A DNA stretch of 64,000 nucleotides, from positions 5,453 to 69,452 of the forward strand of contig LBOM01000002.1 in assembly GCA_000989515.1 (NCBI GenBank), in the 5' to 3' direction. This document shows, piece by piece, positions 9,198 to 17,784 of the stretch (its first letter is position 1; each line of letters starts with the position of its first letter). Below the pieces are notes generated by a model. That model was not told the origin of the DNA. It saw only the letters and a program-made list of their open reading frames with translations, and made no database searches. Source of the stretch: Candidatus Nomurabacteria bacterium GW2011_GWE1_32_28 (lineage in GTDB: Bacteria > Patescibacteriota > Minisyncoccia > Phycocordibacterales > UBA9973). The position numbers were made by a program, and so were the translations under genes.

Positions 9198-11618
9198 ATG
9201 GTAAAAGAAGAAAATAATGTTTTTATAAAGTGGTTTAGTGAAGTAGGTATTGAAGATGTTCAATTTGTTGGTGGTAAAAATGCGGCATTGGGAGAAATGT
9301 ATTCTAATCTTGTACCACTTGGTGTTAATATACCAGATGGTTTTGCTTTAACAGCAGATGCTTATCGTTATTTCTTTAAAAAAACTGGATTAGATGAAAA
9401 GATAAAAGAGATTCTTTCCGATTTAAATACTCGTGATCTTAAAAATCTTCAAATTCGTGCTAAAAAAGTTCGTGAGGCTATATTGAAAGCTAAATTACCT
9501 CAAGATCTTCAAGATGCAGTTACAAAAGCTTATACAGAGTTAGGAAAGAAATATGGAAAGAATAGTGATGTGGCAGTTCGTTCTTCTGCCACAGCCGAAG
9601 ACCTTCCAGGTGCTTCATTTGCAGGGCAACAGGAGACTTATTTGAATATACATGGAATAGAAAACATACTTGTAGCAACAAAGAAATGTATTGCTTCTTT
9701 GTTTACAGATAGAGCTGTTTCTTATAGAGCAGATAAAGGATTTTCTCATTTTGATGCAGCATTATCTGTGGGTATCCAACGCATGGTGCGTTCTGATCTT
9801 TCTTCTTCAGGTGTTGCATTTACAATAGATACAGAAACAGGTTTTGATAAAGTTATTTTAATAAATGGTATTTATGGACTTGGAGAATTTATAGTGCAAG
9901 GTAAGGTTATACCAGATGAATTTATTGTTTTTAAACCAACATTGGAAAATGGAAGCAAGAATCCAATAATTGGAAAAAATATTGGTAAGAAAAATATTAA
10001 ACTTGTTTATGCGAAAGATGGAACAAAAGAAGCAAAAGTCTTACCAGGAGATCAACAAAAGTTTTGTATCACAAATGAAGAAGCAGTGAAGCTTGCAAAA
10101 TGGTGTTTACAAATAGAAAAATATTTTTCTAAAAAACACAATCGTTATCAACCTATGGATATAGAATGGGCAAAAGATGGAAAGACTGGTGAGCTTTTTA
10201 TTGTGCAAGCACGTCCTGAGACTGTTGTATCTGGACAAGATAAAAATGTATTAAAAGAATATCAATTACAAAAAACATCTAAAATTTTAGTAGAAGGTAT
10301 AGCTGTCGGTTCTAAGATTGGAAGTGGAAAAGTTCGTGTCCTTTCTAGTGCAAAGAATATCTCATCATTTAAGAAAGGAGAAGTATTAGTCACAGAGATT
10401 ACTGATCCAGATTGGGAGCCAATAATGAAAATAGCGAGTGCTATTATTACAGATAAAGGTGGACGTACATCTCATGCTGCTATAGTTTCTCGTGAACTTG
10501 GCATTCCTTGTATCGTAGGATCAAATAATGCCACTAAGGTCTTAAAAAACGGTCAGGAGGTCACTGTGGACTCTTCAGGAGGGCAAGTAGGCAATGTGTA
10601 TACTGGTATTTTGCCATTTAAGATAGTAGAACATCGTTTGGATAAATTGCCTAAAATAGATACAAAAATAATGGTAAATATAGGTTCTCCAGATGAAGCA
10701 TTTAAAAGTTCTCACCTTCCAGCACAAGGAGTAGGTTTGGGAAGATTAGAATTTATTATTGCTTCTCATATTCGTATTCATCCAAATGTTTTGATTAATT
10801 ATAAGAAATTAAAAACAGAAAAGAAAACTCCAGCTATATTAAAACTCTTAAAAGAGATTGATAATTTGACACCTCTTTATAAAGATAAAACTCAGTTTTA
10901 TGTAGATGAGCTTGCTCTCGGAATAGCAAAGATTGGAGCTACATTTTATCCAGAAAAAGTTATTATTCGTCTCTCTGATTTCAAAACAAATGAATATCGC
11001 ACACTTATCGGTGGTGACATGTATGAGCCACATGAAGAAAATCCAATGCTTGGATGGCGTGGAGCTTCTCGTTACTATGATCCAAAATTTAAAGATGCTT
11101 TTGGTCTTGAATGTAAAGCTATGAAAATGGTACGTGACGATATGGGTCTTACGAATGTTATTCCGATGATTCCATTTTGTAGAACTCCTGAAGAAGGTAA
11201 AAAGGTTGTAGACGTAATGAAAGAATATGGTTTAGACCGTACAAAAGATAAGAATTTAAAAGTTTATGTTATGTGTGAGATACCTTCAAATATTCTTTTA
11301 GCAGACGAATTTCTTGAGATTTTTGATGGTATGTCTATCGGTTCAAATGATTTGACACAACTTACTTTGGGGCTTGATAGAGATTCTGGGATAGTTACTC
11401 ATATTTCAAATGAAAATAATCCTGCAGTCAAAAAACTTGTGGCAGATATTATTCATAAATGTAAAGAAAAAGGGAAGTATATTGGTATTTGTGGACAAGC
11501 ACCATCTGACTATCCAGAATTTGCTAAGTTTTTAGTAGAAGAAGGTATAGAGAGTATGTCTCTCAATCCTGATACTGTGATAAAGATTATTATGGCATTA
11601 GGTGAAAAAAAGGTATAA
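9198..11618 (+). CDS. ppsA: Phosphoenolpyruvate synthase (pyruvate, water dikinase)
   Basis: 806 aa. N-terminal ATP-grasp, central phospho-histidine mobile domain GGRTSHAAIVSRELGIPCIVG, C-terminal PEP-utilizing domain. Confidence 0.9.
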   Translation: MVKEENNVFIKWFSEVGIEDVQFVGGKNAALGEMYSNLVPLGVNIPDGFALTADAYRYFFKKTGLDEKIKEILSDLNTRDLKNLQIRAKKVREAILKAKLPQDLQDAVTKAYTELGKKYGKNSDVAVRSSATAEDLPGASFAGQQETYLNIHGIENILVATKKCIASLFTDRAVSYRADKGFSHFDAALSVGIQRMVRSDLSSSGVAFTIDTETGFDKVILINGIYGLGEFIVQGKVIPDEFIVFKPTLENGSKNPIIGKNIGKKNIKLVYAKDGTKEAKVLPGDQQKFCITNEEAVKLAKWCLQIEKYFSKKHNRYQPMDIEWAKDGKTGELFIVQARPETVVSGQDKNVLKEYQLQKTSKILVEGIAVGSKIGSGKVRVLSSAKNISSFKKGEVLVTEITDPDWEPIMKIASAIITDKGGRTSHAAIVSRELGIPCIVGSNNATKVLKNGQEVTVDSSGGQVGNVYTGILPFKIVEHRLDKLPKIDTKIMVNIGSPDEAFKSSHLPAQGVGLGRLEFIIASHIRIHPNVLINYKKLKTEKKTPAILKLLKEIDNLTPLYKDKTQFYVDELALGIAKIGATFYPEKVIIRLSDFKTNEYRTLIGGDMYEPHEENPMLGWRGASRYYDPKFKDAFGLECKAMKMVRDDMGLTNVIPMIPFCRTPEEGKKVVDVMKEYGLDRTKDKNLKVYVMCEIPSNILLADEFLEIFDGMSIGSNDLTQLTLGLDRDSGIVTHISNENNPAVKKLVADIIHKCKEKGKYIGICGQAPSDYPEFAKFLVEEGIESMSLNPDTVIKIIMALGEKKV

Positions 11619-11630
11619 TTAAAGATAAAT

Positions 11631-11846
11631 ATGGATGCACTTATAATATCACAAACAATATTTTATGCAGTATCATCAGTAGTCATAATTGTTATTGGTG
11701 TGCTACTTATGATAGTTGTATATTATATGATAGGTATTTTGAAAAATACTCGTAGTGTCTCTGATGATATTTTTCAGACCTATGCAAAGACAAAAATAAG
11801 TATTAAAAAAATTATTAATTCGTTTAATAAAAAAAACAAAAAATAA
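11631..11846 (+). CDS. DUF948-like small membrane protein
   Basis: Single N-terminal TM helix then a short polar tail. Immediately precedes a YtxH-like gene, a commonly observed pairing. Confidence 0.4.
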   Translation: MDALIISQTIFYAVSSVVIIVIGVLLMIVVYYMIGILKNTRSVSDDIFQTYAKTKISIKKIINSFNKKNKK

Positions 11847-11851
11847 AATTT

Positions 11852-12184
11852 ATGGCAACAAAAACAAAAAAAGAAGATAAAAGCAGTAAATTTTTAAGTG
11901 GTGCATTGATAGGAGCAGCACTTGGGGTAGCTGCAGGCATATTTGCAAATTCTAAAACTGGCAAAGAGATTAAAGAAGAAGTAAATAATAAAATGGTGGA
12001 ATTTTATAAAACTATTGCTCCAAAGTTAAAAAATGCAAAAGAAATGGGAGAAAAAGAATATAAAGAATTTATAAATAAAGCTATCGTAGATTATAATAAA
12101 AAAGGTAAATTTGATAAAGAAGATTTAAAAAAGTTAACCAAAGAAGCTCATAAATCTTGGAAACATCTCAAAAAGCATTTGTAA
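11852..12184 (+). CDS. YtxH domain protein
   Basis: KFLSGALIGAALGVAAGIFANSKTGKEIKEE N-terminal YtxH signature. Confidence 0.6.
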   Translation: MATKTKKEDKSSKFLSGALIGAALGVAAGIFANSKTGKEIKEEVNNKMVEFYKTIAPKLKNAKEMGEKEYKEFINKAIVDYNKKGKFDKEDLKKLTKEAHKSWKHLKKHL

Positions 12185-12190
12185 AAAAAT

Positions 12191-12235
12191 ACACAAAAAA
12201 ACGGAAATAATACTTCCGTTTTTTTGTGTATTTAG
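12191..12235. terminator. Bidirectional intrinsic terminator
   Basis: Perfect 16 bp stem acacaaaaaaacggaa/ttccgtttttttgtgt with 7 nt loop. Lies between the YtxH gene (+) and tRNA-Gly (-). Confidence 0.8.
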
Positions 12236-12261
12236 ATTGAATTTATTCTTTTATATAAATG

Positions 12262-12332
12262 TGCGGGATGGGGTAATCGAAACCCCGTCTAATCCTTGGG
12301 AAGGACTCATTCTACCACTAAACTAATCCCGC
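12262..12332 (-). tRNA. tRNA-Gly (anticodon CCC)
   Basis: Cloverleaf folded by hand: acceptor gcgggat/atcccgc, T arm ggggt-ttcgatt-acccc, anticodon loop ttCCCaa. Confidence 0.8.
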
Positions 12333-12509
12333 ATATATAAAATATATCTTTATTTTATCTTTGGAGCAAGTATGTTATGGTGGAGGAATTGAATATAATG
12401 ACAGTTTTGTTTGGAATATTGAGTAATTTATAATATGCTATAATATTGATATTAAAAGTAATCCCTGTTTAATGGGGACCCTGATTGTATTTTCGGGATC
12501 AAAAAATAT

Positions 12510-12746
12510 ATGAAAAATGTAGTTATTTATTCAACACCGTCTTGTCATTTTTGTAATTTAGCAAAAGATTTTTTTACTGCAAATAATATTGTTTATACAG
12601 AATATGATGTTGCTACTGATGTCGAAAAAAGAAAAGAAATGATAGAAAAAAGTGGACAAATGGGTGTACCGGTTATAATCATAGAAAATGAGATTACTGT
12701 TGGCTTTGATAAGCCAAAATTGGCAAAAATGTTAGGATTTATTTAG
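12510..12746 (+). CDS. Glutaredoxin-like protein (NrdH/YruB type)
   Basis: 78 aa, CHFC redox motif (STPSCHFCNLAK), thioredoxin-fold small protein. Confidence 0.75.
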   Translation: MKNVVIYSTPSCHFCNLAKDFFTANNIVYTEYDVATDVEKRKEMIEKSGQMGVPVIIIENEITVGFDKPKLAKMLGFI

Positions 12747-12758
12747 TTTTTCATTTTA

Positions 12759-13700
12759 ATGAAAAAAATATTTAAAATAATTTTTTCTTTAGCTGTGGTA
12801 TGTATTATATTTTTTTTCTTTCATTCTCAAATTGAACAAGTTTTTTTTAGTTTAGAAAACAAATATCTACCATGTAGTAGACCCATTACCTATTCAATAG
12901 GTTCTTTTGATGATAGATTCGGTATATCAAAAGATGAATTTATAAAGGTTGTAAATACTGGAGAAATGGTGTGGGAAAAAGCTATTAATAAGGATCTTTT
13001 TATTTACAAGTCTGATGGTAGTGGTGTTTTAAAAATAAATTTAATTTATGATATTCGTCAAGAAGCTACTGAAAAATTAAAAGAAATAGGTATTACAGTC
13101 AATGATACTAAGGCGTCTTATGATGAATTAAAATTAAAATATAATATAATGCAGACTGATTATTTTAATAGTAAAAAAAGTTTTGAATTACAAATTAATT
13201 TATTACAAAATCGTCAAAACGCTTATGAAAAAGAAGTTAGTTACTTGAATGAAAATGGTGGTGCATCGAAAAAAGAATTTGATCGTTTGAATACAGAAAA
13301 GAGGGCTCTCGAAGTAGAATTTATAGAAATAAATAAATTACAGACTCAACTTAATTTTGATGTAGATAATATTAATTCACTTGCTATTGTTTTAAATCGT
13401 CTTATTTTATCTCTAAATATAGAAGTAAATAAATTTAATACAATTGGAGATCAGCTTGGAGGAGAGTTTGAAGAGGGTACTTATAAAGAAGATGCTATTA
13501 GTAGGGAAATAGATATTTATCAATTTGATAATATTGGTAAATTAGCAAGAGTTTTAACCCATGAATTTGGGCACGCATTAGGGCTTGGTCATTTAGAAAG
13601 TCCAGAATCTGTAATGTATCGTCTTAATAATGGTGTTAATGAAAAGTTAACGATAGAAGATATTTTAGCTCTAAAAAAGCGTTGTGAATTGGCTTTATAA
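12759..13700 (+). CDS. Membrane-anchored or secreted zinc metalloprotease (metzincin/matrixin-like) with coiled-coil region
   Basis: N-terminal hydrophobic signal anchor, long coiled-coil middle, C-terminal HEFGHALGLGH zinc-binding motif followed by Met-turn SVMY. Confidence 0.7.
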   Translation: MKKIFKIIFSLAVVCIIFFFFHSQIEQVFFSLENKYLPCSRPITYSIGSFDDRFGISKDEFIKVVNTGEMVWEKAINKDLFIYKSDGSGVLKINLIYDIRQEATEKLKEIGITVNDTKASYDELKLKYNIMQTDYFNSKKSFELQINLLQNRQNAYEKEVSYLNENGGASKKEFDRLNTEKRALEVEFIEINKLQTQLNFDVDNINSLAIVLNRLILSLNIEVNKFNTIGDQLGGEFEEGTYKEDAISREIDIYQFDNIGKLARVLTHEFGHALGLGHLESPESVMYRLNNGVNEKLTIEDILALKKRCELAL

Positions 13701-13794
13701 TTTTAACAAAAAAAGAGTAAATATCAAAAATTTTCTGGCGTATAACATAGCCAAGATGTTCGCAGGCCAAAACTTTTATATCTACTCTTTTTTG

Positions 13795-13866
13795 TGCCCT
13801 CACTCCGAATCGAACGGGGATCTATTCCTTAGGACGGAACTGTTCTATCCATTGAACTATGAGGGC
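13795..13866 (-). tRNA. tRNA-Arg (anticodon CCT)
   Basis: Acceptor gccctca/tgagggc, D arm gttc-aatggata-gaac, anticodon loop gtCCTaa. T stem has one C-A mismatch. Confidence 0.7.
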
Positions 13867-13955
13867 ATTTAAAGATTTGAAACTCTTTTAATTTAACACA
13901 AAAAATCAAAATTTGGAAATTGGCTTTTTAAAATAGTTATGATAAAATACGACTT

Positions 13956-14240
13956 ATGGATCCTGAATCTAAACAATTACTTAAAAATACATTAGAGCTT
14001 GCTGAAGAAAATAATAAATTACTTCATAAGATTAGAGGTGTACAAAACAGAGAATTTGTTTGGAAAATATTAAAAATGGTTCTAATCGTAGGTATTACCC
14101 TTGGTTCATTTTATTTTTTAGAGCCATATTTAAACAAGATGATGGATTTATATAGTTCAGTTTCTGGCATACAACAAAATATAAAAGATGTTTCAGACAC
14201 CAATTCATCTTCTTTAAAAGATTTATTAAAAAAGTTTTAA
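13956..14240 (+). CDS. Hypothetical small membrane protein
   Basis: ORF with one central TM helix. No recognisable motif. Confidence 0.35.
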   Translation: MDPESKQLLKNTLELAEENNKLLHKIRGVQNREFVWKILKMVLIVGITLGSFYFLEPYLNKMMDLYSSVSGIQQNIKDVSDTNSSSLKDLLKKF

Positions 14241-14245
14241 AGTAT

Positions 14246-14318
14246 GCCGAGGTAGCTCAGTTGGTAGAGCGCTCCCCTGAAGAGGGAGATGTCACCAGTT
14301 CAACTCTGGTCCTCGGCA
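14246..14318 (+). tRNA. tRNA-Phe (anticodon GAA)
   Basis: gccgaggtagctcagttggtagagc...ctGAAga...ggttcaactc; canonical cloverleaf. Confidence 0.9.
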
Positions 14319-14332
14319 CAATAAAATTAAAA

Positions 14333-14362
14333 AACCTACAAAATTTTGTAGGTTTTTTAATT
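14333..14362. terminator. Bidirectional intrinsic terminator
   Basis: aacctacaaaattttgtaggtt hairpin flanked by A/T runs, between tRNA-Phe (+) and hsp20 (-). Confidence 0.75.
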
Positions 14363-14366
14363 TTAT

Positions 14367-14828
14367 TTAGATTGATTTAACTTTTATGCTATTTCTTTTT
14401 TCCTTATCTACTTTTTGTATTTTTATAGTCAATAATCCATGTTTTTCTGTGGCCTCTACTTCTTCTGGTTCTACTTCTTGAGGTAATAGTATTGTTCGAG
14501 AGAATTTTCCCCAATAAAGTTCTTTTATGAAGTAGTTTTCTTCATCTATATTTTCATTTTCTTCTCTCTTACCTTTTATTGTAATAGTATCTCTAGCAAT
14601 AGTTAGTTCTAGATCTTCAGGTTTAACACCAGCTACCATTGTTTTAACTAAAATATCTGTAGGTGTTTGATATACATCTACAGTCAGTTCCATTTCTTCA
14701 TTTTCTTCTTCTATCCAACCATTACTTTTTTTGTCTTCGTTGGTTATTATTTTTTTTTCTTCAAATTCTTCTGTAGAATTTGTACCACCTGTTAATCTAT
14801 CAAAAAAACTTCTTTTTTTATTTTCCAT
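14367..14828 (-). CDS. Small heat shock protein (Hsp20/alpha-crystallin family)
   Basis: Alpha-crystallin domain: VDVYQTPTDILVKTMVAGVKPEDLELTIARDTITIKGKRE ... GKFSRTILLPQEV ... HGLLTIKI. Confidence 0.85.
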   Translation of the reverse strand: MENKKRSFFDRLTGGTNSTEEFEEKKIITNEDKKSNGWIEEENEEMELTVDVYQTPTDILVKTMVAGVKPEDLELTIARDTITIKGKREENENIDEENYFIKELYWGKFSRTILLPQEVEPEEVEATEKHGLLTIKIQKVDKEKRNSIKVKSI

Positions 14829-14856
14829 ATATTTTTTATTTAATAAGTGTTGTTAA

Positions 14857-15543
14857 TTATTCACTCATTCTTCTTAATTTTTCAAAAAGTAACATAATAA
14901 TAATTGTAACGACCCAAAGAAAACCTAAAATCTTAAAAGAATTATTTCCATTACTATCTATTATAAAAAAATTAAAAGAACTATGCAAGGTTATAGCAAA
15001 AATTAAACCCCAAAAAAGATATACTTTTTTTATAAATTTGACTTTTGAAAATGAAAGTCCAAGCGATATACCAATAATTCCAGAAGATACAGCATGGAGT
15101 AGTGTAGAACCTAAAAATCTAAGTTGTCCCGTAAGTAATCCGACAGTAGCATCATTTAGGGAGATTGGTTTAATTAAAAACATTGTATTTTCTAAAGCCG
15201 CAAATCCTAATGCAACAGTAATTAAAAAAATTGGCCAATCTATTGGTTCGTCTATACGATTTGTTTTATAAAGTATAATTACAACAGATAAATATTTAAT
15301 TAATTCTTCTGCACTTGCCCAACTGATAATTTGCCATTGATAAGAATCTATACTAGATTGAAGGAATTTTTGTACTGGTATTATAAAGAGAACAGAGATC
15401 ATACCTATAAAAAACAAAGATGCAATAAGACCTTTTGGTTCAGGTTTTTGATTGTCTTCTTTGAGCCAGAACCATAACCAGAATAGAGCAGGAATAATAC
15501 CCCCTAAAAGTGCTAGACCTAAAATTTTTGGATCAGTTATCAT
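14857..15543 (-). CDS. PrsW-family intramembrane protease-like membrane protein
   Basis: Multi-TM protein with EE..K (SAEELIKY), FxxxE (FAALENTMF) and H-containing (LLHAVSSG) motifs arranged as in PrsW/YhfC proteases. Confidence 0.5.
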   Translation of the reverse strand: MITDPKILGLALLGGIIPALFWLWFWLKEDNQKPEPKGLIASLFFIGMISVLFIIPVQKFLQSSIDSYQWQIISWASAEELIKYLSVVIILYKTNRIDEPIDWPIFLITVALGFAALENTMFLIKPISLNDATVGLLTGQLRFLGSTLLHAVSSGIIGISLGLSFSKVKFIKKVYLFWGLIFAITLHSSFNFFIIDSNGNNSFKILGFLWVVTIIIMLLFEKLRRMSE

Positions 15544-15552
15544 TTTTTCTTT

Positions 15553-17751
15553 TTAAAAAGAAGGCCATTTTGCTATTATGATTAAATCATCTTTATTGCT
15601 ATTTTTAATAATAGACCAAATCTCTTCAGTAACAAAAGGAATGAATGGATGAAGTAATTTGAGTAGGTTAATGAGCTCTATATATAAAAGTGCTTTTGCT
15701 GAATCAGGACTTTTGTTTTCTAAGATCTTTTTCTTTGATCTTTCAATAATAATATCAGCGAAAGTATGCCAAAAATAATGATAAAGCTTTTCAGCTACGA
15801 TTGAATATCTAAATTCGTTCATTTCTTTTGTGACTTCCTTTATTAGTAAATCAAGCTCTATCTTGCTTTTTTTATCTTCTTCATCTAATTCTGCTAGATT
15901 AGATAAATTGATATCTTTTGTTTGTTCAATAACAAATCGTGATGCGTTCCAGATTTTGTTAGTAAATTTTTTATAACCACGAATATCATCTTCATTTAGT
16001 TTTAAATCATTACCAGGAGTATTTCCTACTATCATTGCCATGCGAAGTGCATCATTACCATATTTTTCAATAATATCTAAAGGGTCGATAGCCTTATCTC
16101 CAAGCGATTTTGACATTTTTTTACCATCAGCAGTACGTATCATTCCATGTAAATATACATTTTTGAATGGTATTTCATTGAGTAAATATTGTGACATTAA
16201 TATCATTCGTGCAATCCAAAAAAAAAGTATATCGTGTCCTGTTTCAAGTACACTTGTAGGGTGATAATCTTCTAAATCTTTTGTTTTTCCTGGCCATCCA
16301 AGAGTTGAAAAGGTCCAAAGACCAGAAGAAAACCAAGTATCTAGTGTGTCTTCATCTTGTTTCCATTCAGTACCTTCTGGTGCTTCAATTCCACAATATA
16401 TTTCTTCTGAATTTTCATTCGTAATTCCTAATTCGTAATTGTTAATTGATTTTTTATACCAAACAGGTATTCTGTGACCATACCATATTTGGCGAGAGAT
16501 ACACCAATCATGTAAATTTTCAATCCAATTATAATAAACTTTTTCAAAATGATTTGGTAATATTTTTATTTTTTCATTTTGTACGGGTTCGAGCATTAAT
16601 TCTTTTAATGATTTATTATTTCGGGAGGATATTTTTTTATTTACATCAATAAACCATTGCAACATTATTTGCGGTTCTATTATTCCATTAGTTCGTTCAG
16701 CTGTAGCCACTCTATTTACATAATTTTCATCAATAGATACTAATAACCCTTTTGATTTTAATTTTTCAACTATTTTTTCTCTAGCATCACTTATTTTCAT
16801 TCCAGAAAATTCTTGAGCTATTGGAAGCAGCTTTCCATATTTATCTATTATTTGTTCTTTATCTAATTTATATTTTTCTGCTAAAGCAAAATCTTCGTGT
16901 GAATGCCAAGGTGTGATAGTCATTACACCAGTACCAAATTTCATATCGATTATCTCATCTTTAATTATTGTTGCTTCTATTGGACCATTTATCCATTCTA
17001 GCGTTATTTTCTGCATATGTTTCCAATCTTTGTATCTTTCGTCGTCTGGGTGCATTACTACATATTTGTCACCAAATTTTGTTTCAGGTCGCGCGGTTCC
17101 AATTTCAAATGGTCCATATTTAAAAGTATAAAATTTACCCTTTTTTTCTTCATAAATTATTTCATCATCAGAAATAACTGTTTGTCCTTTTGTATCCCAA
17201 TTTACTATACGAGACCCTCGATAAATAAGACCATCATCATACATTTTTTTGAATGCAGTTTTAACTGCGAGATTTCTTTTTTCATCCAAAGTAAATGCCT
17301 CTCGTGACCAATCAAGAGATGCCCCCATTTTTTTTGCTTGGTTTATGATAGTATTATGAGAATTTTTTGCAAATTCTTCTACTTGTTTTAAAAATTCTTC
17401 ACGTCCTATATCATTTTTACGAACTCCTTTTTTTTCTAAAAGTTTTTCAACTTTTGATTGTGTTGCTATCGCAGCATGATCAGTTCCAGGAATCCATAAT
17501 GTTTTTAATCCTTTCATTCGAGCGTGACGAACCATTATATCTTCTATTACTAGCATTAGAGCATGGCCTGTATGTAAATTACCAGTCACATTGGGTGGTG
17601 GAAGAACTATTGAAAAAGTTTCTGCATCTGATTTTATTATTCCTTTTTCTATACAAATATCTGGATTAAAAAAACCACTCTCTTCCCAGAGTTTGTAGAT
17701 TTTGTCTTCTGTTTCTTTTGGATCGTAAGGTTTTAATAATCTTTCATCCAT
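15553..17751 (-). CDS. valS: Valine--tRNA ligase (class I; compact form lacking long C-terminal coiled coil)
   Basis: PPPNVTGNLHTGHAL HIGH region typical of ValRS, KMSKSLGD motif. 732 aa. Confidence 0.8.
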   Translation of the reverse strand: MDERLLKPYDPKETEDKIYKLWEESGFFNPDICIEKGIIKSDAETFSIVLPPPNVTGNLHTGHALMLVIEDIMVRHARMKGLKTLWIPGTDHAAIATQSKVEKLLEKKGVRKNDIGREEFLKQVEEFAKNSHNTIINQAKKMGASLDWSREAFTLDEKRNLAVKTAFKKMYDDGLIYRGSRIVNWDTKGQTVISDDEIIYEEKKGKFYTFKYGPFEIGTARPETKFGDKYVVMHPDDERYKDWKHMQKITLEWINGPIEATIIKDEIIDMKFGTGVMTITPWHSHEDFALAEKYKLDKEQIIDKYGKLLPIAQEFSGMKISDAREKIVEKLKSKGLLVSIDENYVNRVATAERTNGIIEPQIMLQWFIDVNKKISSRNNKSLKELMLEPVQNEKIKILPNHFEKVYYNWIENLHDWCISRQIWYGHRIPVWYKKSINNYELGITNENSEEIYCGIEAPEGTEWKQDEDTLDTWFSSGLWTFSTLGWPGKTKDLEDYHPTSVLETGHDILFFWIARMILMSQYLLNEIPFKNVYLHGMIRTADGKKMSKSLGDKAIDPLDIIEKYGNDALRMAMIVGNTPGNDLKLNEDDIRGYKKFTNKIWNASRFVIEQTKDINLSNLAELDEEDKKSKIELDLLIKEVTKEMNEFRYSIVAEKLYHYFWHTFADIIIERSKKKILENKSPDSAKALLYIELINLLKLLHPFIPFVTEEIWSIIKNSNKDDLIIIAKWPSF

Positions 17752-17784
17752 ATATTAGATAATATCATAAAATAAAAGGGTTTT

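Noticed and set aside
12430-12509. preQ1-I riboswitch or NrdR box upstream of nrdH
   Set aside because: The CCC...AAAAAACUA preQ1 signature is only loosely approximated and no 16 bp NrdR palindrome (acaCwAtATaTwGtgt) is present.
13684-13872. 62 aa ORF in the track
   Set aside because: It overlaps tRNA-Arg(CCT) on the opposite strand and has no RBS. Spurious.
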